From contig JBGTLG010000016.1 of assembly GCA_041744215.1 (NCBI GenBank), positions 32,001 through 96,000 of the forward strand: a stretch of DNA of 64,000 nucleotides, given 5' to 3'. This document shows, piece by piece, positions 19,818 to 28,978 of this stretch. Both the position numbers and the translations under genes were made by a program. The stretch is from Fimbriimonadales bacterium (GTDB lineage: Bacteria > Armatimonadota > Fimbriimonadia > Fimbriimonadales > ATM1). Position 1 is the stretch's first letter. Each line of letters begins with the position of its first letter. The notes beneath the pieces are model-generated. The model was not told where the DNA came from. It was given only the letters and a program-made list of their open reading frames with translations, and did no database searches.

Positions 19818-20759
19818 ATGTCCCAGGAACGCCGCGCTCTCGTAACCGGAGGGGCGGGGTTTATTGGCTCTCACCTGGTTGACGCGCTACTATCGAAAGG
19901 CTGGAAGGTGACTGTGCTCGATGATCTGAGTACCGGGAGCATTTCAAATTTGCCAGCCGCAGCCACACTCAAGTTTCTTGAGGGCTCTGTGCTCAATCCG
20001 GCAAAGGTCAGCGAGGCGATGGCTGGCGTCCATACTGTCTTTCACCTCGCAGCCAGCGTGAGCGTACCTTTCAGCGTGGAACACCCAGAAACCAGCTTTC
20101 GCGTCAATGCGGATGGGACTCTGATTTCTCTGGAGGCAGCGAGGCACGCAGGTGTCCGTAGGTTCATTTTCAGCGCGTCCTCTGCTCGCTACGGAGACGG
20201 ACCGGAATTGCCAAGGCGCGAAGGAATCGCGCCACAAACCTTATCTGTTTACGCCGCCGGTAAGCTCGCGGGCGAGGCTCTGGTTACTGCCTACGCTAAA
20301 TCTTATGCGCTCGAGACTGTGTCGCTGGTGTACTTCAACATTTTTGGCCCACGACAAAGTCCTGACTCACCTTATGCCGCCGTCATACCGATCTTTTTGT
20401 CCAAGCTAATGAAAAATCAACCGATCACGGTCTTTGGAGATGGCGAACAGACACGGGACTTCACCTACGTAGCTAACGTGGTCCAGGCGAACCTTCTCGC
20501 CGCAGACTCCGAAAGGTTGTGTGGGGAGTCGATCAATGTAGCGGGCGGCGAGTCGATCAGCCTCAATCAACTGATAAGCGAGATTAGTACAACAGTTGGC
20601 GTCTCCCCAGAAGTGATCCACGCTCCTCCAAGACCTGGAGACGTTGTCCACAGCAGCGCGGATATCAGCGCAGCTAAGCGTTTGCTCGGCTATGAACCAA
20701 TGGTGCCGTGGAGAGACGGGCTGAGGTTGACTGTCGACAGTCTACGACCGAGGGGTTAG
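19818..20759 (+). CDS. NAD-dependent nucleotide-sugar epimerase/dehydratase (extended SDR)
   Basis: VTGGAGFIGSHL, YAAGK, YFNIFGPRQ, GDGEQTRDFTYV. Confidence 0.92.
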   Translation: MSQERRALVTGGAGFIGSHLVDALLSKGWKVTVLDDLSTGSISNLPAAATLKFLEGSVLNPAKVSEAMAGVHTVFHLAASVSVPFSVEHPETSFRVNADGTLISLEAARHAGVRRFIFSASSARYGDGPELPRREGIAPQTLSVYAAGKLAGEALVTAYAKSYALETVSLVYFNIFGPRQSPDSPYAAVIPIFLSKLMKNQPITVFGDGEQTRDFTYVANVVQANLLAADSERLCGESINVAGGESISLNQLISEISTTVGVSPEVIHAPPRPGDVVHSSADISAAKRLLGYEPMVPWRDGLRLTVDSLRPRG

Positions 20760-21820
20760 CCAGCTTGATATGCCGCGAGCGTCTGATCCACCGCACGAGC
20801 AATGGATAAGTCTATCTTCGGGGTCTGCGGCGAGATGCCGCTCAGTATCGCTTGCGCCCATCTATCCGAACTGCTGACGTCGAGAGTGGCGGGAGCGTTG
20901 AAAATGCTTTGCAGATCTATCGAAGTGGATGCGACCCATGGGAGTCCGATCGCCGTCGCTTCCAACAGAACTCTAGGCATTCCTTCGCTGAGTGAAGGGA
21001 GCAACAAGATGTCAGCCGCTCTCATGAGGTCTGCAACATCAGCTCTGGCGCCGAGAAACTGAACAAGGCCGCATTGAGCAAGTTGCTTCGCTCGTCGCTC
21101 GATGTTCTCCTTCGTCTCGCCCTCTCCAACAAGCAACAGAACGAAATCGACGCCCGCCTTCGCCAACTGCTCTGCGATCTCAATCACAAACGAGTGGTTC
21201 TTGACTGGATTGAACCTTCCGACGTGGAGAATCACCTGTTTCGGGGCCGAAATCTCAAGTGCATTACGGATCCGTTGGCGGACACCTGGCTCCGCTCGCC
21301 AGTCGGCTAGTGGAATTCCGGGCGGTACTACTGCAAAGTTCCTGCCTGACTGCCCGACGAGATTAGACCCCGCCAGATTTGACACCGCGAGCAGTCTATC
21401 GGCGAAGCTGAGCGTCCAACGGCGGGCAGCGATCCGGTATGGAGCTTGTCGCAGCTTCACGAGACCGCCGAGATCGTGTGCCTGCACGACAACGTTTCGG
21501 TGGCCGAGCTGCTTGCAAAGCTTCGCAGCATCACCTGACATTTCGCCCGCGTGAGCGTGGATGACGTCGGGCTCCACCTCCGCCAACGCCCTAGCGACAG
21601 TAGCCTTGAAGCACTTCCTTGCTCGCACTGCGTGCGCAGAAAAAACCTTGCAGCCAAGTTCCTGAAATCTGGGTTCCAAAACGCCCGGCACTCTTTCAAA
21701 CATCGTAAGCACATGGCTGTTGGTCCCTCGCACCTGGGCCTCGCGTATGAAGTCAAGCAGATACGTCTCAATGCCACCGACATCGAGACGGCCTACGACG
21801 TGAAGGATTCTCTGCGTCAC
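20756..21820 (-). CDS. Glycosyltransferase family 4 (EpsF-like)
   Basis: ILHVVG...GGIET, HVGRFNPVKNH, PSLSEGMPRVLLEA. Confidence 0.88.
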   Translation of the reverse strand: MTQRILHVVGRLDVGGIETYLLDFIREAQVRGTNSHVLTMFERVPGVLEPRFQELGCKVFSAHAVRARKCFKATVARALAEVEPDVIHAHAGEMSGDAAKLCKQLGHRNVVVQAHDLGGLVKLRQAPYRIAARRWTLSFADRLLAVSNLAGSNLVGQSGRNFAVVPPGIPLADWRAEPGVRQRIRNALEISAPKQVILHVGRFNPVKNHSFVIEIAEQLAKAGVDFVLLLVGEGETKENIERRAKQLAQCGLVQFLGARADVADLMRAADILLLPSLSEGMPRVLLEATAIGLPWVASTSIDLQSIFNAPATLDVSSSDRWAQAILSGISPQTPKIDLSIARAVDQTLAAYQAG

Positions 21821-22404
21821 ATCAAGGACAGCGCGTAATCAGGAGCGTTGCCTGGTTTCCATTTTATGCTGCACCCAATACTTGGCTGCTGCGTCTCGCT
21901 CGGCATCTCGCCTTCCATTACTGCTTCGATCGCATGGCGAAGATCTGCACCGGTCACCGGGACGTCGCTGTTCGGGCGACTGTCGTCCATTTGTCCGCGG
22001 TAAACGAGGACTCCGTCCGCATCGAAGAGGTAAAAGTCAGGAGTGCACGCTGCTCGAAACGCTTTCGCGACGTCTTGCGATTCATCCACCAGATAAGGAA
22101 AACGCCATTCCCATTCCGCTGCCTTCTCCGCCATGTTTGGCGCAGAGTCGTCGGGGTACTCGTCCGTATCATTCGGATTGATGGCAACTATGGCAAGCCC
22201 CTGAGCTTCATAACTCTCGAAAATGTTGCGGAGTTCTTCACGAACATGGTGAACAAAGGGGCAGTGGTTGCACGCAAAGACCACGAGCAACGCTTCAGCA
22301 TTTCGGAAGTCATCGCTATTGACGAGAGATCCGTCGAAGTTGGGCAAGCTAAACCTCGGCATCGGCGTGCCGAGCGTCAACATCGTAGATGGAATTGGGG
22401 GCAT
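21817..22404 (-). CDS. Thioredoxin-family (AhpC/TSA-like) protein
   Basis: CNHCPFV, AACTPDF, PSIGCSIKW; SD AAGGAGG before ATG at 22404. Confidence 0.9.
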   Translation of the reverse strand: MPPIPSTMLTLGTPMPRFSLPNFDGSLVNSDDFRNAEALLVVFACNHCPFVHHVREELRNIFESYEAQGLAIVAINPNDTDEYPDDSAPNMAEKAAEWEWRFPYLVDESQDVAKAFRAACTPDFYLFDADGVLVYRGQMDDSRPNSDVPVTGADLRHAIEAVMEGEMPSETQQPSIGCSIKWKPGNAPDYALSLM

Positions 22405-22435
22405 GAATTCCTCCTTATGCTCGTTCTCCCTCAGT

Positions 22436-23317
22436 TTAGCACGCCTCGAAGCGCACATCGGGCATATCGGGCATATTGGCAAACCTAGCCTTCATCACGT
22501 TTATCGACTCTGGATGAGAGTCCACCAGGACGAAGTCCCGGCCGGCCTCTGCTGCAGCTACACCTGTCGTGCCGCTCCCTGCGAAGAAGTCGAGCACTAA
22601 TCCGCCTGGCGGCGAGGATGCCCCGACTATTCTTCGGAGTATTCCGAGTGGCTTCTGAGTCGGGTAGCCCGTCTTTTCTTTCCCGGTTGGAGAGACGATC
22701 GTGTGCCACCAAGTGTCTGTGGGCAGCTTGCCGCGCTCTGCCTTCTCTTCGCCGGCCATCTTCGGTGCCATGTAAGGTATTCGATCCACAGCCGCCGCAT
22801 CGAAGTAGTAGTTTTCTATATCCTTGACGTGAAGGAGAATATTGTCATGCTTAGGTGGCCACCTCTTGCTCGATCGTCCGCCGTAGTCATAAGCCCAAAT
22901 GATTTCATTGAGGAAGTTCTTTCGTCCAAAGATTTGATCAAGGAGTACTTTGCAGTAATGAACTTCACGGTAGTCGACATGAACGTAAAGCGAGCCGCTT
23001 TTCTTTAGAACGCGATGAGCCTCAGTTAACCTGGGTTCCAAGAAGCTCAGATAGTCGTCGAAGTTGTCTTCGTATGACGCGACGCGAAGAACGTCCGTCC
23101 GGTAGTTGCGGCCACCGAAGCCTACCCTCGGTGATGAATCGTCGCGAATTGCCTTGGTCGACGTTCTGCTTCGCGTGGTTCCTGTATTGAACGGAGGATC
23201 AACGTAGATGAGGTCTACCGACTCCGAGGGAAACCCTTGCAGGACGGCCAAGTTATCTCCGAAGATGATTCGACCAGCCACAATCAAGTTCTCACGTTTG
23301 GCATGGTCGGAATCCAA
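22436..23317 (-). CDS. Site-specific DNA amino-methyltransferase (N6A/N4C, beta class); start uncertain
   Basis: Catalytic DPPF precedes SAM-binding DFFAGSGTT; YPTQKP. Confidence 0.9.
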   Translation of the reverse strand: MDSDHAKRENLIVAGRIIFGDNLAVLQGFPSESVDLIYVDPPFNTGTTRSRTSTKAIRDDSSPRVGFGGRNYRTDVLRVASYEDNFDDYLSFLEPRLTEAHRVLKKSGSLYVHVDYREVHYCKVLLDQIFGRKNFLNEIIWAYDYGGRSSKRWPPKHDNILLHVKDIENYYFDAAAVDRIPYMAPKMAGEEKAERGKLPTDTWWHTIVSPTGKEKTGYPTQKPLGILRRIVGASSPPGGLVLDFFAGSGTTGVAAAEAGRDFVLVDSHPESINVMKARFANMPDMPDVRFEAC

Positions 23318-23437
23318 ATCGCGCGGAGGCGGATTGGAAGTGACGTTGACATTGTGCGCGAATGGAGATTCGATATCCGTGTGGATGTTGTGAGTCCCTG
23401 TGTTTGATACGGCATTCGCTCACCTCAAACGTGTTTC

Positions 23438-23530
23438 TGGCGGAGCGGGTGGGATTCGAACCCACGACCCGTCTTGACAACGAGTACGCGATTTCCAGTC
23501 GCGCTCCTTCGACCACTCGGACACCGCTCC
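23438..23530 (-). tRNA. tRNA-Ser(GGA), long variable arm, encoded CCA
   Basis: GGAGCGG acceptor, anticodon arm CGCGA-CTGGAAA-TCGCG, GGTTCGAATCC T-arm, 3' GCCA. Confidence 0.97.
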
Positions 23531-23556
23531 AGAACGGGAGGGATTATGGCAGATGA

Positions 23557-24408
23557 CTAACTCCGCGCACCCCATAGCAATCGCGTCCGCAGTTTGACCA
23601 AGAAGTCCGATCGATCTACCATAAGCAGCCGGGTCACGCGTTCAGACCGGGTTACGACAATCTCGTCGCCAGTCACCATGTTCAGTCGGTGCTGCCCATC
23701 AGCAGAAAAAACTGCGTCGCCTTGAACATCGACCATCAATTCGACGCGGCTATCAGGCGAAAGCACCAGCGGACGCGCACCGAGAGAGTGCGGAGTAATA
23801 GGCGTCAGCAACATCGCGTAGACACGCGGATGAACAATCGGCCCCCCAGCGGACAAAGAGTAGGCAGTCGAGCCGGTCGGAGTCGCAACCAGCAAACCGT
23901 CCGCGGGATAAGAAGTAATAAACTCCCAATCAATTCGCACACCAAATGACATCATCCGCGTTGCGATCGAACGCTGCACAGCGATTTCGTTCAACGCATG
24001 AAGTGTTGCAACGACAACACCACCGCGAACCAACTCACCACGAAGCATCATCCGATCGTCAAACTCCGCGTTGCCATCCAAGAACTGGCGCAACGCACTA
24101 CGAACCTCATGCGGATCACACTGAGTCACGAATCCAAAACGACCAAAATAAACGCCCAAGATCGGAGTGTTGCACTCACTCGCAGGACCGCTCGCACGAA
24201 TCAAAGTCCCATCCCCACCAAAAGTCGCAACCAAATCGCAATCCCCGATCTCAGGCAAAGCAACCCAAGCCTCATTCAAAGCAGCGCCGCTCTCGTGATC
24301 AAACCGAACCTCAACACCCAAACCCCGCAACCAACCAGCAGCAGACAAAGCAGAAGACACCGCGTCCTCACGAGCTGGATTCACTACGAAGTTGATCCGA
24401 GGCATCAA
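23557..24408 (-). CDS. nadK: NAD(+) kinase
   Basis: GGDGT, LNE, DGLLVATPTGSTAYSLSAGGP. Confidence 0.95.
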   Translation of the reverse strand: MMPRINFVVNPAREDAVSSALSAAGWLRGLGVEVRFDHESGAALNEAWVALPEIGDCDLVATFGGDGTLIRASGPASECNTPILGVYFGRFGFVTQCDPHEVRSALRQFLDGNAEFDDRMMLRGELVRGGVVVATLHALNEIAVQRSIATRMMSFGVRIDWEFITSYPADGLLVATPTGSTAYSLSAGGPIVHPRVYAMLLTPITPHSLGARPLVLSPDSRVELMVDVQGDAVFSADGQHRLNMVTGDEIVVTRSERVTRLLMVDRSDFLVKLRTRLLWGARS

Positions 24409-24447
24409 AACCTCAACGTCAATGACACAGCAAACAATTCAAAAACT

Positions 24448-25890
24448 CTAACGACCAGAACCTTCCAAACGATCCAAGTTGCGACGAGCCTCAGAATAAT
24501 CCGGCTGCAATTGCAACGCACGACGAAGCAAAGAAATCGCCTCAGCCTTCTTATTCAAACGCTCAAGCGTGACTGCCAAATTGTTCAAGTAATCCGCGCG
24601 ACCACCGTCAGCAGAAACCGCAGCACGAAAACGACGCTCAGCATCAGCCATGTCGCCGTCGCGATAAGCAAGCAAACCCATACCGTTCAAGGCATCACCA
24701 TGACGAGGATTCGCAAGAAGCAACTGATTGTAATGATGCTTCGAACCAACAAAATCACCCGTCAAATACAAACCCTGAGCCAAAGATAAGCGAACATCAT
24801 GACGAGCAGGAGAAGAACGAATCACTTCCTTCCATAACTCAACAGCGGCAGAAGTCTTACCCAAACCAGAATGACTCGCAGCAAGATTCAACTTCGCATC
24901 AACACTACCAGGAGCAATGCCAGACAGCTTCATAAAAGTCAGCTCAGCATCAGAATAAGCGCCAGTCTTCAACTGAGCCAAACCCAAATTGTTCAAAGCA
25001 TCCTGATCTGTCGGAGACAAAGCCAAACAACGCTTGTAAGCCGCAATCGAACCAGAATCGTTCCCAGACAAACCCTCCATAACACCCAAGTTGTACCAAA
25101 GAGTCGCATCATCACGCAACAATACAGAACGACGAAGCAAACCCAATGACTTCTCAGAAGAACCTGTCAAACGATATGCCTCAACAAGAGCGATAACAAC
25201 GTCAACAGAACCAGGATCAGCAGAATGAGCACGCTCCAGATAAACCAAGGAATCCGATGCACGCCCCCCCCGCAACAATGCGATACCAGCGTTCTTCGAA
25301 AAAATAGCCCGATCAGGACGCAAACGACTCGCAGATACAAAATGAACCGCAGCGCCAGCATGATCACCCTGCATAACCAATACAGCCCCCAAATTGTTCA
25401 AACAATAAGCGTCATCACCACGAATCGACAAAGCACGCTCATAATGAGAACGAGAAGAAACCAAATCACCAAGCTCGCGATCGATGTTCCCAAGGTTGTA
25501 CCAGCCGTCAAAAAAACCGCCGTCCAAAGCAACAGCAGAAAGATAAGAACGACGAGCCCCAGCCAAATCACCCAGCTGAACATAAGCGCCGCCCAAGTTG
25601 TTCAATATCTCCAAATTCCCAGGAGACAAAACAGACGCGCGAGACAAATAAACAGAAGCATCAGAAGCAACACCCTTCTGAAGACTCAGATAACCAGCCC
25701 AATGCAATACATCCGCGTTATCACCAGCCTCGCCAGCAAGAACAACAGCACGAGACAAAGCGCCATCCAAATCACCAGACTTGAATAAACGGATCACCTC
25801 CAACAAACGATCAGATACCGAGCCCTGACCAAAACACACACAACTCAGAGAAAACGCCAAAAACACAAACAACAGCTTTCTATGCATCAC
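24448..25890 (-). CDS. Tetratricopeptide-repeat protein with signal peptide
   Basis: Repeated LNNLG/WYNLG...AL.L.P units at about 34-aa spacing; hydrophobic N-terminus. Confidence 0.9.
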   Translation of the reverse strand: MMHRKLLFVFLAFSLSCVCFGQGSVSDRLLEVIRLFKSGDLDGALSRAVVLAGEAGDNADVLHWAGYLSLQKGVASDASVYLSRASVLSPGNLEILNNLGGAYVQLGDLAGARRSYLSAVALDGGFFDGWYNLGNIDRELGDLVSSRSHYERALSIRGDDAYCLNNLGAVLVMQGDHAGAAVHFVSASRLRPDRAIFSKNAGIALLRGGRASDSLVYLERAHSADPGSVDVVIALVEAYRLTGSSEKSLGLLRRSVLLRDDATLWYNLGVMEGLSGNDSGSIAAYKRCLALSPTDQDALNNLGLAQLKTGAYSDAELTFMKLSGIAPGSVDAKLNLAASHSGLGKTSAAVELWKEVIRSSPARHDVRLSLAQGLYLTGDFVGSKHHYNQLLLANPRHGDALNGMGLLAYRDGDMADAERRFRAAVSADGGRADYLNNLAVTLERLNKKAEAISLLRRALQLQPDYSEARRNLDRLEGSGR

Positions 25891-26047
25891 AACTCTCCAA
25901 AATCATCTCCGGATACACTATATTCTACCGACCCAAGGGCCTATATGGTACACATTTCGGCACAATTTTGACCACTCCAGCAGACTTGACAGGTAGGAGT
26001 TCAGTTCAAATCGCCGTGGCCCCGCCCAAATGGGTACGATGGGCTTG

Positions 26048-26794
26048 GTGAATCGCCCCACGGCTGTTGCGCTGATATTGGCCGGGTTGGCCCTGAGTAC
26101 GGCGACCTTCGGCCAAGGAGACGGAGAGACGAAGCTGATCTCTCGGCCCGACGTCATGATTCGGGTACAGAAGGCCCCAGTTGGGGCGGACTACGTCACG
26201 ATTCAGATGGTGGCCGAGAACTATCCGCCGGATCTGCTTAAACAGCAGTGTGAGCGGGTCGGTGCCCTAGCCGGTAGCGGGTCGCGGGGGATTGAGATCA
26301 CCACGATCCCGACCGGGACTTCGCCGAGTGGAACCCCCTCGACGATCTTGAATGCGAGCTTCGCCACGGACGGCCTCATTGACCGGGCCACGGGCGTGCT
26401 CCGTCTGCTTCCGTTTGCAAAGGCGTTCGCTGGGAATGATGAAGCACACAGAATCGAGTGCCTCGCCATTAGTTTCATCCAGGAAGTTCCCCGCCAGGGC
26501 GTAACGATAGGCAACTTAGAAAACGACTCGGTTCGAATCGAGGGGGCGTACGATGCGAACCATAAAATCGTTGACTTCAGGGTGTATCTGTTGGTCCAAG
26601 ACCCTGAAAAGATAGAGTTTCCTGAATCGCTCCAGGCGCAAACGATTCGCGCAGTAGCCCCGTCTAATGGGGCGGCGTTGCGTTTGATTCCGTGGATCGT
26701 CGGAGGGGCCGTGCTGGCAGGCCTGCTGGTATACTTCGCCCTCCGTCCAGCCGGGAAGAAACCTCCCGCCAAACCCAATGAACGCCCGAGGTAG
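26048..26794 (+). CDS. Hypothetical exported protein with C-terminal membrane anchor
   Basis: Signal peptide ending ATFG; C-terminal TM plus basic tail; TACGAT-N7-GTG supports start at 26048. Confidence 0.7.
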   Translation: MNRPTAVALILAGLALSTATFGQGDGETKLISRPDVMIRVQKAPVGADYVTIQMVAENYPPDLLKQQCERVGALAGSGSRGIEITTIPTGTSPSGTPSTILNASFATDGLIDRATGVLRLLPFAKAFAGNDEAHRIECLAISFIQEVPRQGVTIGNLENDSVRIEGAYDANHKIVDFRVYLLVQDPEKIEFPESLQAQTIRAVAPSNGAALRLIPWIVGGAVLAGLLVYFALRPAGKKPPAKPNERPR

Positions 26795-26800
26795 AGGATC

Positions 26801-27883
26801 TTGAGCCAGAAAATCGCCAACGCGACCCTTCACGAACTTCTTGAAATTGCTTACCATGAGAAGGCTTCCGACCTGTTCATCAAGGCGGGATCCGTCCCAA
26901 AGATCAGGCAACACGCACTTGTTAAGCCCTTGCCAGGAGACTGGGAGGTCATTGATGAGGACGAAGCGCGACGGCTCGTCACGAGCACGATGACCAGCAA
27001 GCAGTTGACTTCGTTTGAGGATAACCTTGAGATGGACCTTGCGTTCCCTGTCGGGGACATGATGCGAATTCGAGCGAACCTCTATTTCCAGAGGGGGTCT
27101 ATGGCTGGCGTCTTCAGACTCATCCCAATCGAAATCCTCTCGATCGAGCAGCTCGGACTCCCACCCGTCCTCGGTGAACTCACCAAACACAGGCAAGGAC
27201 TCGTGCTCTTCACAGGACCAACTGGGTGCGGAAAAACTACATCCCTCGCCGCCGTACTCGACCTCATCAACATAAACCGAGCCTGCCACATCGTCACCAT
27301 CGAAGATCCACTCGAATTCGTCCACATGGACAAGGCAGCCTACGTCAGCCAAAGAGAAGTCCACATCGACACACTCGACTTCTTCATCGCAATGAGAGCT
27401 GTCCTAAGAGAAGCACCCGACGTCATCCTCGTCGGAGAAATGCGCGACCCAGTCACCATGAACGTCGCACTCCAAGCAGGGGAAACAGGACACCTCGTCT
27501 TCTCAACCGTACACACCCCAAGCGCAGCGGAAACTCTCGACCGTATCGTGAACATGTTCCCGCCACACGAGAAAAATCACCTCTGCATGCGACTCTCAGG
27601 ATCCCTAAGAGCAGTTATCGCCCAAAAACTCGTCCCAAGAGCCGACGCCGAAGGCCGCGTCTGTGCCACCGAAGTCATGATCTGCACACCCACCGTCAGC
27701 AAACTGATCGAAGACGGACACTTTGGCGAACTCTATCACGCAATTTCTGAAGGCCACTTCTGGGGCATGCAAACTATGAACCAAAGCCTCTTGAAGTACG
27801 TCAAGGCCGGAGTCATCACCGAAGAGACGGCGCTGCAGTATGCGGGCATCGTTTCCGAACTTAGACAACTACTTCGACGCTAG
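26801..27883 (+). CDS. pilT: PilT/PilU-family type IV pilus retraction ATPase (copy 1)
   Basis: GPTGCGKT, TIEDP, ILVGEMRD, ETGHLVFSTVHT, GMQT. Confidence 0.9.
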   Translation: MSQKIANATLHELLEIAYHEKASDLFIKAGSVPKIRQHALVKPLPGDWEVIDEDEARRLVTSTMTSKQLTSFEDNLEMDLAFPVGDMMRIRANLYFQRGSMAGVFRLIPIEILSIEQLGLPPVLGELTKHRQGLVLFTGPTGCGKTTSLAAVLDLININRACHIVTIEDPLEFVHMDKAAYVSQREVHIDTLDFFIAMRAVLREAPDVILVGEMRDPVTMNVALQAGETGHLVFSTVHTPSAAETLDRIVNMFPPHEKNHLCMRLSGSLRAVIAQKLVPRADAEGRVCATEVMICTPTVSKLIEDGHFGELYHAISEGHFWGMQTMNQSLLKYVKAGVITEETALQYAGIVSELRQLLRR

Positions 27884-27886
27884 CTG

Positions 27887-28978
27887 ATGCAACCGTCTAT
27901 TGACGAATTGCTGAGGGACCTGGTTAGTCGAGAGGCTAGCGACCTGCACATCAAGGCTGGTTTACCGCCAGTGATGCGCATTCATGGCACGTTGGTTCAA
28001 ACGAACTATCCTGCCTTAAGCAGCGAACAAACCGAAGCTCTCCTCAAGAGCATCCTTAATGAGGAGCGTTTCGCGCGGCTTGAGAGTTTCAAGGAACTAG
28101 ACCTCTCCTATCAAGTCGAGGGGCTGAGCCGCTTTCGCGTCAACATGTTTTGGACACGAGGCGAGTTAGCTGCCGTCTTCCGAGTGATCCCCTTTGAGAT
28201 AAAGACAATTGACGATCTTGGCATTCCGAAGGTAGCGAAGAGCATTGCATTACTGCCTCGCGGATTGATCCTTGTGACGGGTCCGACTGGATCCGGCAAG
28301 AGCACTACACTTGCTGCGATGGTAACGCATATCAACTCGCATCGGAAGCAGCACATAATGACGGTCGAAGACCCGATTGAGTATATGCACTCCGACAACG
28401 TCAGCGTCATCAATCAGCGAGAACTCGGGGTCGACACTCACAGCTTCGCAGATGCGCTTCGTCATGTCATGCGACAAAATCCTGACGTTATCTTGGTCGG
28501 CGAGATGCGCGACTTGGAGACGATTCAGCTGGCGATTACGGCTGCCGAAACGGGCCACCTCGTCATGTCAACCCTTCACACTGTTGACGCAGCACAGACG
28601 ATTGACCGCATCGTCGACGTTTTTCAGCCTGACCAGCAAGCGCAAATACGAACTCAACTTTCGGTCACTCTTCAAGCCGTGATCAGCCAGACATTGTTGC
28701 CCACAAAGGACGGTGCCGGTCGTGTAGCTGCGTTTGAAGTACTGGTCGCGACGCCCAGCGTCCGCACACTGATACGAGACGGGAAGACTCACCAACTCTA
28801 TCTCGACATTCAGACCGGCGCAGAGCATGGGATGCAAACGTTGGACGGACACCTTTTGAGCCTGTTGAAAGACGAGGTTATTGACTACGAGAACGCGATT
28901 GCAAAGAGCCAGGCTCCGGCAGAGTTTCAGCGACGTGCTATCAATCTTGGCTTGTTAGAGGGAGAGGCGAGTGCCTAG
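27887..28978 (+). CDS. pilT: PilT-family ATPase (copy 2)
   Basis: ASDLH, GPTGSGKS, ILVGEMRD, AETGH..STLHT, VRTLIRD. Confidence 0.93.
   Translation: MQPSIDELLRDLVSREASDLHIKAGLPPVMRIHGTLVQTNYPALSSEQTEALLKSILNEERFARLESFKELDLSYQVEGLSRFRVNMFWTRGELAAVFRVIPFEIKTIDDLGIPKVAKSIALLPRGLILVTGPTGSGKSTTLAAMVTHINSHRKQHIMTVEDPIEYMHSDNVSVINQRELGVDTHSFADALRHVMRQNPDVILVGEMRDLETIQLAITAAETGHLVMSTLHTVDAAQTIDRIVDVFQPDQQAQIRTQLSVTLQAVISQTLLPTKDGAGRVAAFEVLVATPSVRTLIRDGKTHQLYLDIQTGAEHGMQTLDGHLLSLLKDEVIDYENAIAKSQAPAEFQRRAINLGLLEGEASA

Noticed and set aside
22450-22478. Short tandem repeat CGGGCATAT at the MTase 3' end
   Set aside because: About two 9-bp in-frame units; too short to imply phase variation.
10710-23440. 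Genomic island integrated at tRNA-Ser
   Set aside because: No integrase and no convincing duplicate of the tRNA 3' end; only a 7-bp GGCGGAG match near 10720.
23946-25788. Long + strand ORFs rich in Q/T/N/K/R opposite nadK and the TPR gene
   Set aside because: By-product of T depletion (few stop codons) on the skewed strand; the real genes are on the minus strand.
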